A stretch of 50,152 nucleotides of DNA, filler included, from Jimgerdemannia flammicorona (lineage: Eukaryota): assembly GCA_003990765.1 (NCBI GenBank). It is 2 parts of 2 records of this genome, joined end to end, with 100 filler letters (N's around TTAATTAATTAA, not from the genome) between each part and the next. Parts side by side here need not be neighbours in the genome. Positions count along the whole stretch, not along the records: positions 25,127 to 50,152 come from RBNJ01000891.1; 1 more part is not named here. The stretch is one strand, 5' to 3'. Below the pieces are notes generated by a model. The model was not told the DNA's origin and searched no databases. It saw only the letters and a program-made list of their open reading frames with translations. Both the position numbers and the translations under genes were made by a program. Below, in pieces: positions 25,027 to 36,500 of the stretch (position 1 is its first letter; each line of letters starts with the position of its first letter).

Positions 25027-25126
25027 NNNNNNNNNNNNNNNNNNNNNNNNNNNNNNNNNNNNNNNNNNNNTTAATTAATTAANNNNNNNNNNNNNNNNNN
25101 NNNNNNNNNNNNNNNNNNNNNNNNNN
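25027..25126. other. Artificial scaffold/contig spacer
   Basis: 44 N + TTAATTAATTAA + 44 N gives exactly 100 bp. Confidence 0.95.
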
Positions 25127-25434
25127 TTTTTTGAGTAGTTACTATATAGGCTTCTTCTTGCTCACTATCTTCTTTTTCTATTTTAAAGAGTACTCATTTC
25201 TTGATATTGATTAAAATTTATATCTTTTGTTCTCAATAGATAATCTGTATTTTTTAGAAATTTATATCAATTATAGTCTTAGCTTTGTAAAGTCACTAGT
25301 TGCCAATAAGAATATTATAATTAGTAGTATTTGTAATAATTACATCTACTGAAATAGTTATTTCTCTAAACTTAATAGAGACATCTTAAATCTTTTCTAG
25401 AGAGATAGCTCTTATATCATCTATTATAATTATA

Positions 25435-25782
25435 CTCCTAAATAAATTGAATAATTTGAATCAAATCAATTTGAGAGTCATTTAAATTAAATTAAATTGG
25501 TGATTTTTTTAATTTAAATCAATTTTGAATTAAATTAAAGATCCATTCAAATCCTATTTATAGAAATATAATAACTTAATAAAAATATGTCTAAATATAA
25601 TAATCTTCAGCTTATTAGATTCATCTTATATAAAAAAATCTAATAAGCTAAAGATCATTAAATTTAGACATATTTGTTGAGTTATTACATTTAAAAAAAA
25701 AAATATATAGTTTAAATTAAATTTAGAATTGAATTAGTATTTGATTCAATTAAAATCAATCTTTGATTTAATTTATTGAGAG
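25435..25782. mobile_element. Degenerate foldback/MITE-like element flanked by TA
   Basis: Imperfect TIRs CTCCTAAATAAATT / AATTTATTGAGAG. Internal inverted arms TCTTCAGCTTATTAGATT / AATCTAATAAGCTAAAGA and AAATATGTCTAAAT / ATTTAGACATATTT, centred near 25,629. Confidence 0.6.
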
Positions 25783-25789
25783 TACTACT

Positions 25790-27020
25790 TATGTATTCAT
25801 ATAAATAGTAGTCTTTTTCTTCACAAGTATAGAAGATTTCTCTCTTCTTATCTATAGTGGTAGCAAACTTCTGAACTAGGTAATAATCTCTTCTTTTGAT
25901 TTCTTTTACTATATCTCTCAGATGGGTAGTTATTTCAGTAAACTTCTTAGCAAGTTTCTCTATAGAATTACTATTTCTCTACTACTTTATAACCTTTAGT
26001 TGAGATGTGTTTTGATTGATTATAGTTGTAGGAATTATGCTAGTTACTTTGGGTACTTCAATTCTGACTCTTGTGACTCTCTCTATTATATAATCTTAAG
26101 AATATCTGGTTATCTAATAATACTGAGCATAAGTCATCTTTTGTACTAAGTTTAGAACTATTGATATTGATTAGATTATTATAACTATCTCTAGATAAAT
26201 TTCTTTTATAAGGATTACTTTAGTTACTTAATCTCTAATAGTATCAGTATAATTAACTAAGATTATCTAATAGCAGATTTAGATATTAAAGATATTTAAA
26301 TCTTTATTTATTCTTTAGCAAATAGTATTGAGTTAGTTCTTTAGAGCCTGTTTGATTTTATCTCTATAGTAAGTGGCTTACAACTAGGCCTTCTGAGCTA
26401 TTAGTATTATAGTATTATCATTTTTAATATAATTTATAGCTATAAATAAAGTTCTTACTAGTCCTCAGAGACTAAAGATATTAGAGCTACTTATTGTTAT
26501 ACTGATAAGATTCTTATAGCAGTATATTGCTCAAAATTATTAAGAAAGATAATGATTAATTTATTAGAAATATATATATTTATAGAATACTAATAGGTTT
26601 ATATCAATCTTATCTAGATATTTTAGTTTAATTTGAGTATATACTATAATGTGCCTGGCTCAATAGAGGCAAATTAGTATAAAGTTGGAGATTGATATAG
26701 TTTGGCTTAAGCTTTTAGTTACTTTGTCAAAAGTAACAAAATGTTCTAAGATTCCTTGTTAGTATTTAGTGATATATGTAATAGTCAATCTAGATATAAT
26801 AGTAGTTCCTCTATTTATATGGTAGTTGATTTGGGCAGATTTTTTTATTGGGTTAGTTCTTGGATACAGTAGTAATTTTATATGATAATAATAGTATGAG
26901 CAGGATTCCTTATACAGATGATCTGATAATTTAGTAATTTTCTTCTTGAGTGACAAGCAATCTTTAAAAGTATATAATTTCTATATAATAGTCTTGGTAT
27001 AATGATCTTATTTCCAAAAG
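25790..27020 (-). mobile_element. Heavily decayed Gypsy gag/leader region
   Basis: Hand translation near 26,180-26,400 (QKA*L*ATYYRDKIKQALKN*LNTIC*RINKDL...IILVN...REL) aligns by eye with the gag at 2897-3142. Confidence 0.55.
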
Positions 27021-27022
27021 TA

Positions 27023-27885
27023 TGTGATTTCTAGTAGATAACTCAATTTGGTAGATAATTTGAATAACTTGGTTTGGTGCAAATTCTCCTAAATCAGTAG
27101 CTTTCTGAGAATATCAATTAACTTGATAACTTTAGATAACTTAAAATCTTGGTAAGTTATATCAAAGACTGGCTTTGTTTATGTAGGGTTATATCATAGA
27201 TTGGCTCTACTACAAAGTTACATCAGAAAGACTAACTTGGTGACAAGGATCAGACTCTCTGAAAATAACAGTAAATAACTCAAAAATAGCAGATGGTGCA
27301 GATTCTCCTAAATTAGCAGACTTCTTTGGAAAATAACTTTCTTAACAAAGTTATGTTAAAGACTGGCTTTATTTGTATAGAGTTATATTATAGACTAGCT
27401 CTATTACAAAGTTGTATCAGAAAGACTAGCTTTATAGCAAGATAGCAGACTTTATTTTAAATAGTGACTCTTTCTTAAGCAGTGGATTTACTCAAATTCT
27501 TCAGACTTATCTGATAAGTAAAATGAGACTTTGTATCAGAAAGAGGACTAGAGTGAAAAGAGAATACTGTTGCTTTAGATTCAATTTCAGACTGAGGTTT
27601 ATTCACTCTTATCTCTGGGATATTTTATATAATTGTAGTTGCTATCTAATTACTATATTACTAATTATAGATTGCTATCTATAGTAGGTATATCTGGACA
27701 GTATGGTATACTAAACAGGTATAATATACTTACTTAGTACAGTATATCAGACCAGTATAGGTAAATATACTATTTCTGCTAATTATACAGGTTGGCACAG
27801 TAAAGTAGTTTTGATTACTTAGTATACTAGATATGATATGTGGCTAATTTATAATTTTAGTAGTACAATTTTACTGCTCATCACA
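27023..27885 (-). repeat. LTR of the second Gypsy locus (TGTGAT...ATCACA)
   Basis: 6-bp inverted termini and a decayed purine tract just upstream on the minus strand. The CTGAGGTTTATTCACTCT TATA/poly(A) block is shared with the 4.9-kb LTR. Internal ~190-bp direct duplication (~27,075-27,250 / ~27,294-27,450). Confidence 0.55.
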
Positions 27886-28449
27886 TCAGCTCCTACTAAA
27901 GGATGGTCTATCCTTGGACTATCCTTTAGTTATAATTCTAATGTATATAAATATTTTCAGTATCAATATCTGAATCATTATCTTCATTTAGATCAAAATC
28001 ACTCCATTCAACAGCTTCTTCTTCTTTCTCTGAGAACAAGATCTCAACATGGTTGATGATACTCTAGTAAATGATAAGACTTATGTTTTATATATTATTT
28101 AGAAAGAATTGTGCCTATATCAGTACTGGAATGTTTTATTTATAAATTGTATACAATTTGTCTACAGCAGTAGTGTTTTTCTGGATCAGGTCAGTAGAGT
28201 TCCTGATATAGATTAGGTCTGTAGTTAAAAGGTTCTATAATTGTTCTCTAATTATATAGTAGGCCTGTAGCTGGTGGACTTGTAGTAAACATCTGGTCAG
28301 GGTGAGGTTCTCCTGATGAGTCTGGATTCATTGGAGGGAATTTTCATTATCTTGGCAAAATTGGGGAAGAAGAACTGGAAGTAACTAGAATGAACTCAGG
28401 ATAAGGGTCTGGAGATACTAGTCAATTGTCTGGTTTATAATGAGGAGAG

Positions 28450-30600
28450 AGGTATATCTTGAGGCAGTTGATATATACTAGTATCCTCAGAGTTCATTTA
28501 TCCATACTTCTTAAATAGATGCTAGTTTCTCTAATATTATATACAAGATAAGATTCTTCCCATTTGAGCTCCAGTTTGGTGACAAAGTTTATTTCAATCA
28601 TGCTTCTCTAAACTAGTACTTGATCTCTGATCTTGATCTTCTGATCCTTCTGCTTCTGGTTATAATACTTTTTTTATCTCTCTTGGGCCTTGATAATCTG
28701 AACTTATGCTTGATTATATAACTGTTCTACCTTCTTGAGGAGGTCTCTGAGGTTCTCATAATTAGCAGTTTTGGTTTTTTTTTTTGACAAACATTATCTT
28801 GAAGGGCTTTTGTTTAGTTGAGGCAGCAGGGGTGTTCTGAATTTTCTATAGAATCTCAGATAAGTAGAGGTCTCAGTTGGTAGAATTGACTTGAGCAAGT
28901 TTTTTCTTGATGATCTGATTCATTCATTCTATCATACCATTGGTCTGAGAGTAGTATGATATAGTCTATTTGAGATAGATCTTGTGAATTTAGATATAAC
29001 TTATGATTATGTTATTAATGAATTCTGTGCCTCAGTTAGAGATAAGTTCATCTAGGAGTCTATATCTGAGTGTAAGTCTATAAAAGAGGTCTACAATGGT
29101 CAAGGCATCTGTGATTTCTATTGTGAAAGCTTCAGACCACTTGGTCAGATATTCCACAAATATAAGGATGTACTTATTTCTTCTTGATATAACTGGTAGA
29201 GGTCTAATTATATCTACTCTCCATCTCTGAAAGATATTATCTGATAGTATAATTAGTTGTAGTAGTACTTGATGGTTCTTCCTTTCTTGATACTTCTGGC
29301 AGATATTATATTTCTTAAGTATGACCTAGACTTATGTTCTGAGATTGGACCAATATTGATATATTATTCATAGCTTTTTTTCTATATTTGTCTACCCTTG
29401 GTGAACTTTCTGGTACTCTTTTCAGATGAGATCTTCTTGTGCCTTGATAGTCTGGAAAGCTTCCTTTAGAGTGTAGTTCCTCAGTATACCCTTCTTCTAG
29501 TTTATTGAGGTTGGCAAAAAAGTATATCAATATTATTATGAGTTTTTTTTTTTTGATTTATAGATAATGGTAATTTTTTAATTCTGGAGGATAAGGATCC
29601 AGTAGGCTAGGATTTCAGTAGGTTTTTTGTAGTTTAATAGCCATTTGAGGGCTGTATGGTCAGTTATTAAGATGAACCTTTTTCTAATAAGGTAATGCTT
29701 GAACAGGATGACTGCTCATATGACTGCAAAGTATTCTAGTTTGGTACTACCATAGTTCATCTGCTGCTGATTGATAGCTTAGCTTATATAAGCTATTATA
29801 TAGTATTATTAGTCAGGTTCTTCTTGGACTAGAACTGCTCCCAGGCTATCTTTGGAGGCATTTGTATATAAGATAAATAGCTTCTATAGATTGGGCTGAA
29901 TAAGAATTAGTACTATATAGTGCTTGAGTTATTTGAAGGCTTTCTCTTATAATTCCATCTATTTGTAATATACTTCTTTTTTGAATTAGGGCAGTGATTT
30001 GAGTAAAGTTCTTGATAAACCTTCTATAGTAAAATACTAGTATCAGGAATGATAGTATTTCCTTTAGAGTCTTGGATACTGGCCAATTATTGATCTTCTT
30101 AGTTTTCTTTAGCTCTACATGAGTTCTCTCTATTGAAACTATAAATCTAAGGAATTCAAGTTTCTGTTTCTCAAAGTAGTATTTTTTGATATTAAGTCTC
30201 AGGTAGTTCTTGTGAGTGAGCTTAAAGAATTCTTCTAGGTAGTATAGATATTCTTCAAAATTTACTGAATAGATGTTGAAATCATCTATATATACAATCA
30301 GACAGTAGTAGATCAGAGGAGCATAGACTGAATTCATTATTCTCTGAAAGGTAGAAGATACATTACAAAATCTAAAGGAGATTTGAAGATATTTAAATGG
30401 TTTTCCTAGAGCAAGAAAGACTATCTTCTTAATGTCTTTAGGATCTATAGAGATCTCATGAAATTCTGCAAAAAGATCTATATTGCTGAAGTATCTGGCA
30501 TCTTGTAACTGGTCCAAGAGATCATCAATTCTGAGCAAAAGATAGATATCCTTTTTGATGACTAAATTGAGTTTTCTGTAGTTTATACAGAGTCTCTATC
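28450..30600 (-). mobile_element. Decayed Ty3/Gypsy pol (RT-RNase H-integrase)
   Basis: RT (RIDDLLDQL, IVYIDDF), RNase H (YTNASKDSLGAVL, ITDHTALKWL), integrase (VEYLTKWSEAF, ISN*GTEF) and GPY/F-like tail. Domain order is Gypsy. Cut at 30,600 by the SINE-like copy. Confidence 0.9.
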
Positions 30601-30604
30601 TTCT

Positions 30605-31798
30605 TTTTTTTTTTTTTTTTTTTTTTGTTTAACGAACTCATGTCCTGCGGATTTTTATTGGAAGAGAACCTAGACTATATAGGCCAAAATCCTCCCCCAC
30701 CACCCACCAAGTACTGCCTCTCCATTAACCTAGGCTAGCTATTATCTAGCAGCTCAACCATACCAGGCACAGCAGGGCCGATTAGGCCTGCACCTCATTC
30801 TGTGCACCATACTCTCCCTACCATCAGGGAAAATCCAACCATATACCAATGACCAAAAGCACATGCCTGAGAACCCAACATATGTACAAGGCCATGCCCG
30901 AGCTGAATAGAATAGCCCCTGCTACCCCAAAGATAATGACAGATAAAGAAAAAACTCTCATCAAAGCACAACATAGTGGGTAGGGCCTGGTTCTCCCAGT
31001 CGAGGTGAGTAAAGAACTTATACATGAGACAGGAGGAAACCCCCAATACCCTACTACTCAAGCCTGCAGGCCTTGATCACATTGCCATGTCAGCTCCCAG
31101 TTCCAGTTGAGTGCAGCTAAGACGCCTGAAATGGGTAGCCTCGGGCCTCCTGACCCCCCCTGATGACTGGGGCCCAACCCTGCTGACCACCAAAAGAAGC
31201 CAATAGTGACACCTACTACCTAACTGCGCCACACCAATCAAAAGGCCCCACTGAAGTAGCACCTGCCCCAGCCCTGATAACTGCCTCCAGCCTAGCACTC
31301 TACTGGTTCACCGTTATTGCCCTTCCTCCTATCTGTGACAGCCATCTCCCCTCCCATCCCAAAAACATCTGAAAAACAGTCACCTATGCCAGAACTGTGC
31401 TCGCCGGGAAGCTCGCCAAAGCCAGAGGGCCCCACTACAGGCACTGTGGACCTGCAGGTAACCTATACTGAGCACTTGATGCCCAAGGTCGGCCAACTCC
31501 CTACGTAGCCTGAGATATACCAAGACAATACTTTGTTGGCAATAGCAAAAGGAAGAAGGTGCCACACCAAAACAGATATACCCCAGATACAGCTAAAGGC
31601 ACCAGAATCCATAAAAAAGTAGAGGAAGCACTGATCTAACACCAATAAAGGGGCAACTCATCACCATTGCCCTCCTCCCATTATGCCCCTGCAGGCACAG
31701 CAAACCAACCTGAGGTAGAGGGGGTAATAATAGGGGAAAGGGGACTCAGAAGGTTGCCTACCAAACCTTGTGACTGGTAAGGTAGCAGAGAAAGGAGC
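30605..31798 (-). mobile_element. ~1.2-kb non-autonomous poly(A) retroposon, copy 2
   Basis: Colinear with 10,241-11,397 from TGTCCTG.GGATTTTTATTGG to GCAGAGAAAGGAGC. Differences are mostly transitions. No TSD visible. Confidence 0.85.
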
Positions 31799-32209
31799 AT
31801 GGAAGATTATAGACTAAATCTATTAGATTACTTAAAAATTTAAACTTTAATATCTCACTTTATAACTGAGAATATAACTAAGTAGATAATTTTTATTTTA
31901 AAAAAATTAGTTTTTTTAAAAATATATTTTTTATTATAAATATAACTTAATTTATTCAAAAATAAAAAATTATTTTTTATAAAATTTTGACTATAAGTAT
32001 ATAAAAAAAAAATTATAAAAATTATTAGTGAAAATAAATAAATAAATAAATAAAGTTATTACAATATAATGAATTATTATTTATTTACTAAATTTGACTA
32101 TATTATAGAGTAAGAGATAAATATAATATTAAATATCAGTTTTATCAAAATTATATAATAAGAGTATTATATAAATTATTTAATTTAAACTATTATAACA
32201 TAGTGGATG

Positions 32210-32560
32210 CTTAACCTTGAAAGTATATCAGATTTCTGTATCTTGAAAACTTGATCTTCTTTGACTCTACAGAGTCTTTGGATGCAGGGGTGGGTAAGTT
32301 TGAAGTGTATCTACCTGCAGACTTACTAATTCCTTTACTTTCTCTTTGCTTTGAACTATTTTGATCTGAGGTTTATTTACTTTAAGATACTGGGTTATTT
32401 ATATAAGTTTGCTAGCTATAAGGTGGCTAAGTTATGACTATGTTATGAGTCACTTTTTGCAAGTATTAAATCTTTCAATATCTGCAAAATCTTCAATATC
32501 TGCAAAAAGTTCAATATTTACAAAAACTTTAATAGTTGTAAAATAACAATGACTGCTATT
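32210..32560 (-). repeat. Decayed LTR fragment related to the 4.3-5.4-kb LTR
   Basis: CTGAGGTTTATTTACTTTAAGATACTGGGTTATTTATATAAGTTTGCTAGCTAT matches 4890-4944. Boundaries approximate. Confidence 0.55.
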
Positions 32561-33518
32561 TATAAGGCTATATTATATCAGAAATTAGGTTCAGATACTA
32601 TGATCAAATATCTAATTCCTTCTGATTTATATTTCTAATTTAGATCAACTGTCACACTACATAAAAATAAATAAATAATCTAAAAGAATAAATTAATTAT
32701 AATATTTAATCTTAAATTCTAGTAGGATCTTAAGTTATTAATCTTTATTAAAACTGCTTAATAATAACTTTAATCAGTAATTATAAAACCTTATAATCTT
32801 TTTAAAAGACTTTATATTTAAATAAATCTACTTATAGATTTTAGCTATATATATTTTATTTTAAAAAACTCAACTATATTAGATAAATAGATATATATTA
32901 TAACTATAACTATCAAATCTATCAATTAGATAAATATTATATAAATAATATAATCTATATAATATAATCTATTAAAAATATCTTAGTATTAGTTAGTCAA
33001 AATAATATATAAATATTCCAGCTTTTGATAGTAAAATAAAGTCAGTTTAGTTCAGTTCAGTCTTATTTTATATATATATATAAACTCTTTTAAAGAGTCT
33101 TAATAATAATTTTTAAATTACTCTGTAAAACTTAGAGCTAGTATATAAACATCTTAATTCTAAATTAAAGTAGTTCAGTTTGTATATATTAAATCTCTTA
33201 GCTATAGTAAATAAGAGTTGATTATTATTCTACTAAGAAATATATTTTCTTATTTAGAAAAGTATCTAATAAAAGACTCATTTAGTTTTATAAAACTAAA
33301 GTCTCTAGTAATTAAGTTATCTTGCAAGAGACTTATATAATATCATATAAATTTAAATATAAAATAAATGAAGAGATATGTATATATTAATTACATATAT
33401 AATATTATAATATATATATATATAATATATACTAAGTAAAAGATATGAGAGAAAGAACAAACTCTTCAAAACATAATTAGAAGGCAAATAAATACATTGA
33501 CTAAGAGATTATTTATTA

Positions 33519-36500
33519 TGATATCTTTCTCTGGTAATATTCAGGTTACACAATCTTTTGGCAATACTTTCGACACAGTTTCTGGAGATAAGCTACTAGT
33601 ATTATAGTGACCAATGAGCTTCCTGAGGTACATACTGGGCAGGGTGGCCCTGGAGTATTTGAATGGCAGCAAGTGGGGAGAGGCCCTGGCTTGGGGAGTA
33701 GCATGAGGGGCCTGCTGGCGAGAGGCCACAGTGGAGGAGGGGGTGGAGCTGGCAGTCAAGGGTCTGGCAGAGCAAGCTTTGCAGAGAAGGTGAAGAGGGG
33801 TCAGCAGGGAGCTGGACTGAAGAGCTGGCTGAGGGGGGGGAAGGTGCCGGTGAGAGCTACCAGGCAGCAACCTCTTGAGGGTATCTCTGGAGGGCCATAG
33901 GGGTGGAGCTGAGGGGGTAGCGGCTAGGGCAGAGACTGCTGATGGGGGTGTGATGGGCAATCTGGAAAAAAATCTAGATGAGACTACTGATGGTGAGCTG
34001 AGTAGTGGGAAGGGCATGAGGTTCGGGGATCTGGCAGATGGTGTAATGGGACTAGCAGTGGCTCTGTTACTCAAGAAGTCAATCTCAGAATTTGCAGTCA
34101 TAATGTGTTTCCAGGGCTTGGCAGTGATGGCAAAAATGGTTCTAGGGCTGATTGTGAAGCAGATGAGTGGGGCAGCATCAGTTAAGTTCCTGAAGGGCCT
34201 AGAAGAGGTGGAGATGGGATTTGAGGAGGCTGGGCCACTGGAGGAGACTTTGAAGGCTGGGATGAAAGTGGACGAAGTATATATACTGATGGTGAGATAC
34301 CTGCGGTGGGACCCAAGAGTAGTGCAACTTCTGGTGAAAGGAGTTCCCACTGTTACTGCTATAGAGATGAGGAAGAGAGTCAAGGAGATTATGGCGGAGT
34401 ATGGGGAGATGGTTGATATTGAGTTCAGAGTGTAGGAAGGAACCTCTCTCTGGACAGGAGATGTTAACGTCAGAATTTGGCTGGCTGGGCGGGAGGCTAC
34501 TGAGAAGGCTCGAGACTGGCCCTCAGTGATGATGTAGGGGGCTATCTTGTGCAAGATGATGAGAGTAAAGGGGAGTGAGGAGGAAGAGGGGGATTTGCTA
34601 GAGGCACTGGAAGAGTTGAGTGGGGCAGTTGAGAGGAGGGCGAAAGCATGGAAAGCATTTGAGGTGGTAACGCATCTTGAGGTGGTTGGAGGAAAGTGAG
34701 TCTGCATCAACAAGGAGGTGTGGGAGAGGTCCCAAGGGTGTAGAAGGTAGAGAAAATTGTTGGCGAAAATGGGGGTGAAGGCGACGAGGAAGGCAGGTGA
34801 TAGTGTGACTACCAGAGGTACTGAGGCGAGTGTCTGGGCTACTAGTAGTGGAAGGAATGAGGAGGGGGGGCAGGTGGAGACCATAAAGGTGCCGAACAAG
34901 AATCTGTATAAAGATGGCACACTGGAGGTTTGGGAGGATATCTGGGAGGATTCACCTTCACCCTTCCTCCTTATCAGAAGGGGTCCGGCAGTGAGAGGTA
35001 GGGTGGTGGAGGATATGCCGATGCACAGTGCTCAGTAGGTGTGTTTTAGAGTCCCAAATGTTGAGAAGGGGGGATTGGTAGAGATGACTGGGGAAGAGGA
35101 ATTGGTGGATGTCTTGGAGGAGGGATGGAATGAGTCAGCAAGTATGGGGGCTGATACTATGATGTTGGATGGAGGGAGGCCAGTGACCCTAAGAGGGAAG
35201 GAGGTGGGAAACTTGCTCTGGGTATGCCAGATGATGAACAACTTGGCAGCAGAAGAGCTGGGGGAGGTCGACCTTTGAGTGATGAGTGATGAGCATTGGG
35301 CAAGGATCCTGCAAGGTGATGGAGTGGAGGCAGTATTGAAGGCAGAGATTCTGGCAGTATACTTAGAGGAGGAGGGGTATGAGGTAGATAAGGAGAGGGA
35401 AGCTGTGCTGGCAATTGTGGTGGGTGAGCAGGCCACCCACTGTTGGACCAAGAGGCATGGGCTACAGCTCTGGCAGGAGGCTTGTTTGGAGTACTACAAG
35501 GAGTTTGAGGAAAAGGAGAATGGGGAGATGGCTGAAATCCTGGCTAAATTGGAGGCTAAGAGGATCGAGAAAGCTAAAGCTACTGCTGAGTGCAATCTGG
35601 ACAGGGCACAGGAGGAAGTAGATATGGAGCAGTAGAGAACACATCTGAAACTATATAATTTCTCTTATGAATAGTACAACCAACATTTTTTCTTTGAATG
35701 TGAATGGGTTACAGGGTACTTATCAATATAAGAACATTTTTACTTGGCTGAAGGGATTGGAGGCTGATCTCTTTCTCTTGCAGGATATCAGATGTAAGGA
35801 TGACTTGGATAGACTGGAATGGATGAAGAAGTGGGAAGGTGAGGCAGTTTGGAAGGGCAAGGTTGGAATTCTGGTGTGGAAGAGCAGAGGAGAGATACAG
35901 GATGTGTAGAGCTGGGGGGATAGATTGGTCTGGGGAGAGTAGATATGTGTAGGTTGGGAGCCAGTCATGGTGGGCTCCTGTTACTGTTCTGTGGTACAGG
36001 ACAAGCAGGTGAACTGGGTGATGGGCCTACAGAAGAGTGGGATTCTTGTAGAGGTTAGGGTAGATGTGCTGGGTGGGGACTTCAATATAGTCTGAGATAT
36101 ATTGAGGAATAGAACTGATGGAGGACAAGGTGCTGTGGGGTGGAGTAGAGGACTGACAGTATGGGAGGAAGTAGAGAGACTTAGTGCTCTGGTGGATGTG
36201 GGTAGGGAATGTTGGGGGAATAGAAAGGTGTACACACACTGGGCCGGAGGCCTGGGGACAAGGATTGATTGGATTCTGATGGCCAGCTGCTGGGGCCTGG
36301 ATATTTGGAAGTCACTGGAGGTGGAATGGTGTCCTTGGTCGGATCATTGGGGGCTTTTGGGGCAGGGACATTTTGGGGGGAGTGGGGATGGGCCTGGACA
36401 TTGGTGTCTCAATTCCTCCCTACTAGATGACAAGATCAGGTGGGGTAAATGGGCTGAAGTCATTCAAATGCAGGTGGAGTGCTGGAGGCAAGAAGGTGTC

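Noticed and set aside
25027..25126. Palindromic TTAATTAATTAA between N runs
   Set aside because: Symmetric 100-bp assembly linker, not biology. Adjacency across it is unproven.
33541..34920. 459-aa minus-strand ORF (also 16946..17638)
   Set aside because: Antisense shadow of the G-rich LINE ORF1, with Ser/Pro/Thr-biased composition and no domain.
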